Origin: Eutreptiella sp. 'Long Island Sound 2002'
Taxonomy: Eukaryota > Protista > Euglenida
Direction: 5' to 3'
Assembly (NCBI GenBank): GCA_964036045.1
Contig: OZ038378.1
Location: 174,964,001 to 175,028,000 of the forward strand
DNA length: 64,000 nt
Shown here: positions 23,275-34,926 of the stretch, piece after piece
Position numbering within the stretch: the stretch's first letter is position 1
Layout: every line of letters begins with the position of its first letter
Made by a program: the position numbers and the translations under genes
Notes under the pieces: generated by a model
The model's database searches: none
What the model saw: only the letters and a program-made list of their open reading frames with translations
Told to the model about the DNA's origin: nothing

Positions 23275-26200
23275 GTGATGTTTTTATTGTAAAAACAGAG
23301 GTTTTGAGCGACTAACGAAATTGGTCTGCATTGTTTGCACTGCCTGTCTGAAATATACTGTGACCTCAGTACATTATTGCGATACATGTTTTAGTGCATT
23401 TTTGATTTGCATCCATGGGTGATGGTACTCTTGCGCTGGAAATCCTGCTTGATTTTGCTAAGCAGGCATTTGATTTGTGGTCGGAGTACCTGGGGTCTAA
23501 CATCCTGGAGCGGGCAGCCAACACCACGTGGAACCGCATGACCAACATGGAGGGTGGTGCTGGCAGAGTGACTGAAGCCCTGAATCGAATTTTCCCGGAG
23601 CAAATCGGAGACCACCAAAAGTTGCGGAACCTGCTGACGGCATATGAACTCTGGTCTGGTCACATTTTGGCGTCCCCGGCTTTGGTGTTTGTCCAGGATG
23701 GTTTAAGCTTTGTGCTGGAGCCGGGTTGGGAGGTACAGCTGCAGCAGTACAGGAATGGCTTTGTTGAAAAGGTCAGGGCTGGGAGGGACCATCACACTGG
23801 TGGTCACACGGCGACTCAGTCTGGGAAGAGTGGTTCTAAGCCACCAGTGGATAGTTTTGCGACCGAGCTATCACAGACAGATGACGATCAGCATATGGTA
23901 GACCCGGAGAGAGGCCAGCTGAATTTGGAGGGGGCGGCAGAAGTGGTGAATCAAGCGAAGGTCCTCTCGAAAAAGAACATGAAGAGTTTGCGCAAGAGGC
24001 TTGGGGCTCCCAAGTATGTTCACCACTTTGTGAAGTTAATAAGCGAACTCGCAGAGGAACATGAGGGGTCAGCGGAATTTGGCCCAGTGGAGGTAAAAAT
24101 CTGGGAGGTCCTGCTGAAATGCGACGAGAAGGGGGAAAAGCATTTGAAAGATGAAGAAAAGATCCGGAGGTCCAAGGAAAAAGAGCGCAAAAAGAAACAG
24201 AAGCGGCGGGCCAGAAAGAAGACCGAGAAGGCGCGTAAGAGCAAGAAAAAGAAGTCGTCCAGGTCTGGGAAGTGGAGTGATTCGAGCTCTGATAGCTCTC
24301 CGACGTCGGACTCGTCGTCAGGATCCAGCTCTGATGATACTTCGGATACGGACAGCTCCAATAGTGGGGATCGGAAAGACAGGAGGAGCAGTGGTGCTGA
24401 GCGCCGATCACGACCTAGCCATTTTGAGTTTTGCTGGATCAACGGCAAGAAACACTTTTGGATGCGGAATGGCCAATGGCAAGGCTGTTCTGGTCCACCA
24501 AGTAAGGAATGCAGGTACCGTGGGAAGAGGCACTGGGCGTTCCGAGCCCAGGAGTTCGGCTGCCGATGACATGCAGGGTCGGGGGGCCATGAGGCAACGG
24601 AAACTGGGCTCGCATACGCCCCCGTGTCACAGGCGCATGGTCATAACCACATTGTTCAGTGTTTTTCTTGCTGCACTGCAGCGCAGACCAGTTCTGTACC
24701 ACACCAGGTGGTTGCTGACTTTGGCTCGGGGGGGGGGGGGATCCAAAATGCGGAAGCGACGAAATAGCGAAATGGCCTTGAAGAATTCGTGGCGGCGGAA
24801 GGAGAACCATTCAGATCGTCATATGCATCAATCCTCTGGTGGAGATTGGAGCCAGGCACAAGGCTGGGGTATGTGGCAGCGCTGCGGCAGTTCCTCAGGT
24901 ACTCGCGCGTCCATGGGTGGTTATCCCCGAGGGAGGCCCTGGACGGCGATTGCTGGAGATTGCAAGGGATGGGTGTTTCGAAGGGCCGGTCAAAAAGGTC
25001 CTATCTGGACTCAGGATGGCGGAGAAGGCAGGTGTCATTCGGTCCCTGGTGCGAGGGTCGGACTGGATTTTCTCCAAGTCCCTGGAAAAAATGCGAACGA
25101 AAAAGAACAGCAGGCGGATACAATGGTCACCGTCAAGAATCCTGTATGAGGTGGCAGCCGGCAAAGGGACGTTCACATGGCCGGAAATGGAATGCATTGC
25201 ATTGGCAGCATTATCACTATGCAACCTGTTACGCATCAGTGAGGCATGGACGGCCCACCAGAGCGGGCTGGGCCAACTGGTATTCCGAGGAGAAAAGAGC
25301 CGCCCAGGCATCCAGGTGCAAGACTCGGGGCCGTGGGCCGACAGGTGGCTGCGCTTTCTCGACGAGGAGCGACGCAGGAGGGGGGGGAATGGTGCAGTGG
25401 CATTCAACTTTTCATCCCCGAGCGAATTGGAAGCCCAGTGGGTCGAGTTGGTCATTGGGACGAGCCACAGATCCTTGCGCTGGCATGGGCACCGACGGGG
25501 AGGCACAGCACAGGCATAGGCAGCTGAGGCTAGAGGTCCCCTCCTGCAGCTCATGGGAGGGTGGTGCACACCATCAGTGGCGGTCTCCTATGCAACGCCC
25601 ACTCACGCCTGGGAGTTCGAGAGTAGACGACGACAGCCAGTCCCGGTGCGAGAAGGAGGGAGCTCAAAGTCGCGTTTGGAGAGTGGTCAGCCCTTGAGTG
25701 GTGGGGTACGTGGGTCCGATGAGACATCCGTGAACTCGGTCGTGGTTCGGCCGAGAGGAGAATGGCGCGATACTGGGAACCGTTGACGTGGCCAGAAAGA
25801 GGAGAAGGGCAAACTCGACAGGACCTGGAGCGTTGAGGTTTGACCCGGAGGCAGTGGAAGACTCGACTGATGAGGGAGAAGGTATTGCAGATGCAGGAGA
25901 CCAGTGATTTGGAAGTTGGAGGGGTGCTGAAAAGATTGGTGGAGTCAAGCCCGAAGGCGTTGGAGAACGACCTGGAAGAAGGGTTGTTGGTCCTGTTATC
26001 AGGGGTCATGGAGGTGGCAGGCTCCCAGGCTGTGGGGGCATTAGCCTCTGTGCCGCAGGCTCTGGACGCAATGCCAAGAGATGAATGGGAGGATGAAGAT
26101 GAGGAGAGCTATTATTCTGATGAACATGGAGAGGAGGACGTCAACCCCGACCTGGCGGGCGAAGGCATTGGAGAGTGTGGAAGGGTGCAGCTCAGTGAGT

Positions 26201-27198
26201 CGCTGTGAAGCAGAGCTGTGCCGGACGACTTGTCGCACAAATGTCGAGATTGGTTAAAGGAGACGGGGGAGGGGGTTGGGGACAGCAAAGGAGTGGGGGT
26301 GGCTGAGATGCTTTAGAGCCTGGTGGAGGGCGGTTCTTTGCGCCGGGTGTCACAGTCACTGGGGGCGTCGGGCAAGGCCCGTGTCATTCCAAAGAATAGC
26401 GAAAAATGCAGCTTCATCATGAATTGCATGAAACAAAATGCTTCTGACTGTCGCCCTCCCCCCAAATTTGTGCTGCCCCAGATGGAGGCGTTGCGTGACT
26501 GTTTATTGCTGCGGAAGCGCAAAAGGGTTTATATGATTAGGTTTGATGTTTCCAATTGCTATTGGAGCATTTTGATACCCAAGCGTTGGAGGGATATTTT
26601 CCAGGTGTCAGTCTTCGGACAGAATTATGCATGGTCTCCCCTGCCTTTTGGCAGGGAATATTCCCCTGTGATCTGCCAGCGATTGATGGGAGCCCTGGCG
26701 GAAAATTCTGTATTTGATCTGCGAGTGCTCCTGTTTACTTACCTTGATGATATTCTAGCAGCAGGGGCGCTCAGACATCTGAAAAGGGCAGTGCATAGGC
26801 TGAGAGAAAGGGCTTCGAGAGGTTTTTGGGTAGGTTGGAGTGGGCTTTGAGGCCGCAGGGAGGAACTGCCCCTTTTTTGGCTGGGGCGTACACATGGAAG
26901 TTGCCAGGTGAACAAAGGGTGCCGCTAAGTCTGGTGAGACCGTTGCTTACGGCAGTGGTGTTTGCTGTTTTGCCCCCGTGTTATGCTAGACAACCATATG
27001 TGTGGCGAGGGCCACCTTGTTCTGTGCAAGATTTCATCATTTTGGCTGATGCCGCCAGCTTGGAACCTACTAGAGTGCTTGATTTTGTGGGGAAAAATTT
27101 TGACACTAAGAGGAGGCGCATGGAGAACAGGAAAGGAATGGTGACTGCTCTACTGCGGAGCTGGCTCAGGCTGAGGTTGGGTCCGGAGCGGCTACTGG
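23275..27198 (+). mobile_element. YR retrotransposon E2 (gag 23415-24569; YR ~24790-25620; RT 26323-27198), nested in E1; its 3' part is at 19381-18309 on the minus strand
   Basis: 384 aa gag-like ORF. YR motifs LLRISE, WHGHRRGG, GGW, VSYA (frameshift and stop present). RT motifs RFDVSNCYW, LPFGREYSP, YLDDIL. Confidence 0.85.
24587..24726. mobile_element. ~140 bp short insertion (copy 1) between E2 gag and YR, flanked by TCGGGGGG
   Basis: Near-identical to 28755-28885 (CCATGAGGCAACGGAAACTGGGCTCGCATACG...CACCAGGTGGTTGCTG). Confidence 0.75.
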
Positions 27199-27762
27199 GC
27201 CTTGGGACTGCGGTTGTGGGATTGGCATGGTAGAATTCTGGCCTTGGCGCTTATTGCGGAGGTCTTCATGTACCACTGTCCATATGCTCTGGGCCAGTGG
27301 GTGGCTGGCCCAATTTGGGTCCATGCGGGAGTATTCGCGCAGTGCCACGGCGCGGCTCTGCATCCAAGCGTATAGCAGGTTTTCTGCAAGCAGTTTTTCA
27401 AGTTCAGCATTCGTACGGTCCGGGAGTGCAGCTGAGCGGAGTCGTTCATTTTCCAGCTTTGTCGCCGCCAGCTCGGAGATCTTCTCGGGTGTAAATGAAC
27501 TGTTTCGGTTTTGGGCCTCTCCGGGGCCTAGTGCTGGCGAGGGCGTGGGTGGGGCTGCCACATCCAAGACGGGTATAAAGCACTGGTCCGCCACGTTGAC
27601 CCGCAGGCCCGTCTTGATCTCGTAAGCTCGCAGTGCCTGCAGTAAAGTCGCTTTCTCGAGGTGGTTGATACCCGCATTCTCCGCCAAGAGCTTGAGCTGG
27701 TCATCGCCAATCCCCTGGTCCACGTGGAGCTCCTCCTGTTTCAGTTGCCATTCTGTGGCCAT
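27196..27762 (-). CDS. E1 gag N-terminal half (189 codons), separated from its C-terminus by the inversion
   Basis: INHLEKATLLQALRAYEIKTG resembles E2 gag IGDHQKLRNLLTAYELWSG. Joins in frame at GGCCCA to 19385 (PQSQ-GP-RIIGGPQNSMQCFICG). Confidence 0.7.
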
Positions 27763-28754
27763 CTCAGTGTAGTTGTGCTGCCGCTGCAGTGTTTCTAAGG
27801 GTCCCAGGACCCAATTTCTGAACTTGAGGAGGTCATTTGATGGAGGGTCAGCGGGGAGACCTGTTGGGCCCCCATTATCGTCCTACATTGCATCACCCAT
27901 GTGCCCGCGCCGGGAGGGGGGGGCTGAAAAACAGTAAAATCACCCAAGTCCATGTTTGTTGTGGACACAATGCAGCGCATTCTGCAGTTTTGCAGTTCCA
28001 GAGTTGTGGAACTACCCTGCCCCTCTGTGGTCTGGTGGTCAGGTTGCAGTGTCCGCATTAGGCTCTGGCTGCGCCTGCCCCGCGATTGTCATCGCCTTCT
28101 GTCCATGGTGCCATTGTTCGGCGCTTCCGCTGAGCGTTCGGTGAGCTGGTGCTGGTCCCTTGACCCTGCTTCCGCTATATACACTGGCGCTTCGGGCTCT
28201 ATAGGGTTATGGGTACCCTTCCGTGCTGCATGACACCGTTGAAGCCATGGAGGGGGAGGCCGACGCGGAGTTGTCCAAGCGGGCCCCTTGTGACGAGGTC
28301 GAGAAACTTAGATTGCGGGGGGAGGGGGGTTCCTCGCCCTCCATTGCCACCAGCTCCAGCGATGCCAGCAGTTGCACGGATGCTTGGGGCGACATTCGGG
28401 AGAATGGATGAGTTGTTGTGTGTGTAGGCCTGACTCGGTAGGGCGTGGCGGCCTTGTTACACGCTGTGGGTGTCTGGTCGAACCCACTGGTCCTACCGGG
28501 GCGCATTGCAGACCACGGCGCACCAGACGGCGTGCAAATTTGGATGTCCCACAGTGATGCCGGTGACGGTGGCTGTGATTTTGCAGGCGTGCTTGGCTGC
28601 GTCGCCGGCGGCGTGTCGGCCTCTTCTCCTGCTGCCGGGGCCGACACTGGCTGTGACATTTGTCCCTCCTCCCAGCCCCAAATGGACTCTTCCTCCGGGT
28701 CCGGCCCTCGTCCTCCTGGGGCCATGAGGCAACGGATGCTCGTCCTCCTGGGGG

Positions 28755-28902
28755 CCATGAGGCAACGGAAACTGGGCTCGCATACGCCCCTGTGTCACAG
28801 GCGCATGGTCATAACCACATTGTTCAGTGTTTTTCTTGCTGCATTGCAGCGTAGACCAGTTCTGTACCACACCAGGTGGTTGCTGGCTGTGCATTGGCAA
28901 TG
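28755..28902. mobile_element. 148 bp short insertion (copy 2) in the LINE C-terminal ORF, with a 12 bp target duplication GTCCTCCTGGGG
   Basis: GTCCTCCTGGGG at 28710, 28742 and 28903. The left end also carries a ~32 bp tandem duplication. The insert matches 24587-24717. Confidence 0.75.
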
Positions 28903-31089
28903 GTCCTCCTGGGGGGGGAGGGGGTGCACAGACACACGCCCGAATAACAGGGGGGAGCGGCGTTGTCCCACATCCGCCAGGTGGTCTGCCCGCCCATTGC
29001 CTTTGATGCCAATGTGGGAGGGGATGTGCAGCCACTTACCCGCCTCTCCTAGCTGCTCGACCAGGTCCAGGATTTTCGTCCACAGGTCCACATGTTTAAC
29101 GGCACCGGATGTGTTTTGCCATTTATGTCGGCGCCACCGCCCAACGTAGCACCCCATTTACCACCAGCAGCGAGTCTGGGCAGATTAGGGAGTGGTGTCC
29201 TGTCCGGTGTCCCTGTAGGTTGCACAATGCTGCCCGCAGTTCCACCCGATTGTTGGTTTGGTCCTCCCCAAGGGGGCCAAAGGACACTCCATACCCTCCC
29301 ACCCACCCGACTTCCGGGTGTTTTTCGGAGGAGCCACCTGGATAGATGATGTCCCATCCTTGGTCTTTCTATGAGCTGATGATGGCTTCATACTGATCCG
29401 CCAGGGCCTCAGCGTTGTCGAATTTCTTTTTCCGTTTGCGTGTGGGGACGTACAGCTTTGGGGGGGAGCAATTGCTAGACACCACCACTGTGGGGTGCTG
29501 CAGCACTGTGTTGTTACGCATGGATTGGAGTGCGTGCACTAGTAAGGCAATTTCCTCCCTTGGCAACGTCGGGGTGGGGTGCTCCTCCCACCCTTGCAGT
29601 ACCCTCACCCACAGGGTTAGGAAGAGGTGCGACGTTGGGCGGCCCATACGGCCGTTGTGCTTGTGCATGCACCGTTGGGACCACGTTGCCCTTACCGCCG
29701 ACCACAGTGTGATGCCAGGGGGGGTGGTTAGGGACAGTTCGGGCTGTTTTCACACAATAACATTGGGATCCGTTGTCGGGCCATGGTCAGTGGACGCCGG
29801 GCCCATGCATTGTGTCGCCACGTGTGCTGCCACCGAAAAGAATTTGCACCCCGTCACTGCATGTTGCGTGGTTTCCAATTGCCCGCAGAATGGGGCAGGC
29901 CGTCCCCGCGGGTGGCCAATTGGCGAGGCGGACGCCTAACGTGAGTTTTTTCCACAACGTGGTTTGTATGAATTCCCTATCCGCTAGGGGAGGAGTAGTT
30001 TGTGCCATTCCTACCACACCTCTAGTCGCTGGCGCAGGGGTTCCGGCGTTAGTGCCATTGGATACCAGAGCATGCCGCGCTTGTTCCAATTCAGCCAAAA
30101 GGAGGGGGTCGCCGTCTCTAGGGTGGATGGTCGGGGCTTGGGTTGGGCTCAGAGCAAGCAAAAGCCTCCTCCCCCCTGGGGCTTCCATTTGCGCGACCAT
30201 TTGTACCCCTCGCCTCATCATGGCTGGTGAGTAATATGTGTTCTCATGGGTGTCCCGAAACCACGTGGAGTGCCACAGGGGCATCCCGGAGACCAGTTCG
30301 TCTTTGGGTGTCGGTATTGGTGCTTTTTTGCGCAGCAAGGAGAATGCCTTGCATGACATTCCCCAAAAGGGATAGGTTTTCCACATGATGGGGCCCAGCT
30401 GGAGCCAAGGTAGATACCATCTGTCCAGGTCTATCCCATTGTTGTGCGCCCATGCCTCAAAATGTCATCGAGACAGTGTTGGTACTCCCTGTGGCTCTGC
30501 GCTGGATAGAATAAAGGGGTGTGCCGTGCTGCCACAGGGGGTAGGTGCGTGGCTGGGGGCAGGTGGTATCCTCCTTGGTTGGGGGGCAGGGCCATGATCG
30601 GTAGCGCCAACCCCCGGCTATTGAGCCTCAGCGCCACCCTGTAAATCACAGAGATTTTGGCCACCACCGTGTCTGTGGGAAAATACGCCCTTGCAGGAAA
30701 GACAAACAGGGGAAGAACCCATTCCTGGAACGGCGCCACCCATTCATCCTGGGTCGGCTGAAAGTGGCTCATAAAATGTGCACGTAGGGGGGCCCTCGTG
30801 ATGACTGGTGCATACGCCTTCTCGCTGGTCACATGACCCAGCACAATGCCTAGATACTTGACCTTTTGTTTTACCTCCACCCCAAAGGACTTCAGGACTG
30901 TGACATATTGGTCGGTCCAGGCTCCCTTTGTGATGAACGCCGATTTGGACAACTCAATTTGCAGCCCCACAAAAATGCCAAACTGCCGAAGATGCTCGAA
31001 TATGGGGGGCAGGGGGGGCTGGGGTTCCGTTTCCGGGTGGGGGGGGGGGGGTTCGATAGAGCCCTCCGGCCGGACCCCCCCCAAAAAAA

Positions 31090-31343
31090 GGCTCAATTGA
31101 CAGGACCCCAAAAATCCTACCGAGATTGACCCCCGGGGCTTCAGAGGTGACCTAGACCCAAAAATGGGGAAAAAATGAAAATGGGATTTTTGCATTCAGC
31201 GCGTCGAGGGGATTCTAAAAAGTCATCATTTGCCATATATTTATTGAAAAAAAAATTGACCAAGTTTAATGCTAAAAAAAAAATCCAGCGCCTTTGGCGC
31301 CAGACTTCATAATGACTGGTTAATGGTGCCTGTCAATTGAGCC
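31090..31343. mobile_element. Small MITE-like insertion with 15 bp TIRs, within a poly-G-bounded insert in the LINE RT
   Basis: GGCTCAATTGACAGG (31090) and CCTGTCAATTGAGCC (31329-31343). The same right end occurs at ~6822-6836. Confidence 0.6.
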
Positions 31344-33438
31344 CTTTTCCCGAAATTTCCCCCCCCCGGAAGTGAAAACCCAACATGCCCAGGAGGGCGC
31401 ACGCTGGGCGGGGGGGGGGGGGGGGTGTACAACAGCAAAACGTCCGCATAGAACAGGATGCGCACGTGAGGCGACACCCGCAGCGCGTGAATGATGACCG
31501 AGCGTCTCCTTGTTTAAAAAAAAATGATTGGGGGGAAACGGCTATGTCTTTGACCACCCCCCTTCCCACGGCAAAAATAAATTGGGCTTTGAACATTGAC
31601 ATGAGTAGAGAGATTCAAAGTATGGGCAGGCCAATGTGCAGGAAGAATGCAACAAAATAATCGTGGTGGACCGAGTCATAGGCCTTTGAAAAATCCACAC
31701 TGACCACTAACCCTTGTTGCATGGCTTCCCATGCACTGCTCGCATGATCAAAAATGAACCGTCCCTTTGTGAACGCTTTGTGGGCTGGGGGGGTCACAAA
31801 AGCTACCACATCCTCTATCATTAAGTATATGGTTGCTGATACCCATATGAAGAGCATATTCCGTAAGCATATCAGCCGCAAGGCATTGATGGACACTCAG
31901 CCCAACTCTTTGGGATGAGGTCTGTACAGTCCCAACGCCCACTCGGGGGGAACGGTTCCTCTCTGGATGAACCGTGCTATTGTTGGCGTCATTTTGGGCA
32001 CTAGCGTGTCCGCTAGGGCTAGGAAAATCTCTACTAGGAGGCCATCAGTCCTTGGCGATGATCCTTTGTTCATATTTTCAAGGGCTATGCGCACCAGTTC
32101 GTGACTGAGAGTCGCATCAATGCAGGGGCCACCCCTTTGATGTTCGCTGGTAATGGTAGTGACCTGAGGTACTCAGTACGACCGGCCACAGACTTCGTAC
32201 CTGCCACCATTATGCCCGCCCAGTTTTCTTGGAGGGTTGTAGTGGTTCAGTTAGGAGTGCTCCGTACTTGTCTCGGAGCATGGACAACCGGCGCTGGTCT
32301 TGCGGCTCACGGACCACGCGTGCAATTTTCAGTGCGCCTGTTTTTCGTACGGGGATGCTGGTTCCGCGTGCAACGCGCATTTTACCTTGGTCAGCACTTG
32401 TGTTCCGCACCGGTCCACTGTTTTCGCTTCGGTGTAGGATGCAAGTAGCGCGTATGCACGACAAGGCGGCTCTGGCATCAACCCTTTACCCTCCCGGAAC
32501 GTTTGGGCTGCCGGGGGGGTGTGTTGCAATGAAGGTTCATGAAGCAAAGCCGTAGCTTCTTTGAGGCCTGTCGGGTGATGTGGCGACTCATGTTTGAAGG
32601 CTGTGGCTTTTATCTCAACCACAGCCTGGCCCCACCACTCATCGTCCAGCTATGGCAATTCCGCAAGACGGCGAGCGAGGGATTCCACTACAGAGGTCTC
32701 TTTCAGAAACGAGGTGGGGACTGGGAGTCGCCCTTGCAAAGAATGCATATGAGGAGGGGAGATGGTCGCGACGACCGCCTTATGGTTTGACCGTCCTAGG
32801 TGGTGCGTGAAACACCTAGTTAAGGAGGGGAGCATGTGCTGGGATTGGTGCACCCTATCGATCCTGCGGTGGTGCGATCTGGTCCCCCCGTTATCCTCAT
32901 CCTCTTGATGTTCGGGTCTACGGTTACAAGATGCTGCTTGTCTGTGTGGAATCCCCAAGTCCACCCCTTGGGGATGTGGTGTGTCTTGGGGTCCGGGGAG
33001 GGTTTGAAGGCCGTTGTCCACACGTCCGCCAGTGCATTTTCCATTAAAAGAGTTGTCTCCATTTCTCTGGCGTTGGCTCCCGCCGTGATCAGAGTGGTGA
33101 TCCGGGAGCAACACCACATGCTCCCCGAGTTGGAGGAGGGACCCATATTTTCTTAGCTGTGCGTATTGCGCTTCGTGCCGTGCTAGCTTGTGGTGGAAGT
33201 GTGCTCCCAACACCGTGATGGGTAGGCCATCTTCATTTTCCAAGTTGATTGTGAGGATTCGCGGGCACATTGAGGCTCAGGATACATGGGTCCATGTGCG
33301 CTGCCAGAAAATGGCAACCCCCCCATACCTTGTGTGGTCAGTTGTGTGAGGAATTTGTACCCTACCCTTCGGGCAAAATTGGAAATTTTCTCCACATTGC
33401 GCCGCCGGCAGACTGTAATTAACCACCATCCAAAGGCC

Positions 33439-34926
33439 ATTTGACTAGTGACTAGGAACTTGTTTCTTTTGATGAAATTTTTTTGATTTTTTACCTTTTT
33501 TTGACAAATTGTTTACAAAAATGGTCATTTTGCGGATGCTTGCCTCCTTTTACCTATTCCTTCCATTGCAGGTTCATAGGACACAACTTGGTTGGCTCGT
33601 ACCATTGAGCTCTAGTACATGTTCAGATATGTTTGTCTGTTTATTAAACATGGTTTCGTAGGTGTGGTTTGTTCATGGTTCCTTGCACGATGTTATTCTT
33701 CGATTTTGGTACAAAGCAAATCCCATGCTGTTTATTCTTCGATGTTCCCAATCCTTGTTTATTCTTGGGACCTTCATTCAAATGTTTATTTTTGGGACCT
33801 TCATTCAACCAAAAATGATTTTTCCTCTCTGCCTTGTTTTTTTCCCCCTATTGTTTGCGTTTGCATGCTAATAATAATCTTGGTTCATCCCTTCCTGTAA
33901 TCCATACCCTGCACATGAAACAAGAGCACAACATAAGCATGGGGAACATCTTTGTATTCGAATGCTTGTCCGTTTATATGTGCGCGGGCTCCACTGCCCC
34001 ACTATGGTTGCTTTAGTAGTCCGCCTCATCAACCACCTTGTGGCACCTCTGACATGAATACTTGGTGCCACAAATGTTTGCACCACAACATGCACACCTT
34101 ACAGAAACAAGAAAAAAAGGACTTAGGGAGGGGTGGCGTGTGAGGACGATGGAGGCGGGGCAGCCGACGCGCTTGACCTAGACGCCGGCTTCTTCATGGC
34201 GAAGGCCCGGCCATCACGCGTGCCATCCGTCTTGGCGGCGCGCATGGCCTGGGTGTGGGCCAACTTCGTCAACGACCCACCGTCAGGGGACTGCAAGTAC
34301 CGGAGTGCAGCCGAGGCATTGTTGAAATGCATCCAATCAGCACCCTCGGCAGCAACCGGACCGAGGCGGCACATCCATACATCACCACCCATCCCCAAAT
34401 GCGAGATAGGAAAAGAGGGTGTGAAGGTTGAACAAACAAGAAGACGAGAGATGATAATTCTTCTGGGAGAATGGAAAAACATAGGAACCACCGAAGTTCA
34501 GGCTTTCTCTATTTATTCATGGCACTGCTCACGGGCATGCAGCGAATTACGAGCGAGACCTTTTTTTATTTTAGGTTGAAGCTTTTTGTTCTAATGTGGA
34601 CGTACAAATGCAAGCCGTCACGAAGTGCCAAGAGGCACATTTCCCTAACCTCCTTGTTCTAAGCGGTCATGTGCCCGTGGGCACCAAATGTCGAGTATGA
34701 TTGTTGCTTTACGGAACCCTATTTAAGTGACACCTACCCGAAATGACAAATAGCAAGCAAATGGCACAACAAGGCAACCAAAACCTTCCCCAATGCATGC
34801 AACAATATGTGAAAACACCGATAAACATCAATAAGCATCAATAAACAACGGTTCTCTCCGAAAAATAGGCGTTTTTTCGAAAATAAACACAGAAACGCGT
34901 TTATTTTGAATTTGACTAGCGACTAG
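33439..34926. mobile_element. ~1.47 kb segment bounded by 17 bp direct repeats, separating APE fragments
   Basis: ATTTGACTAGTGACTAG (33439-33455) and ATTTGACTAGCGACTAG (34910-34926). Confidence 0.55.
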
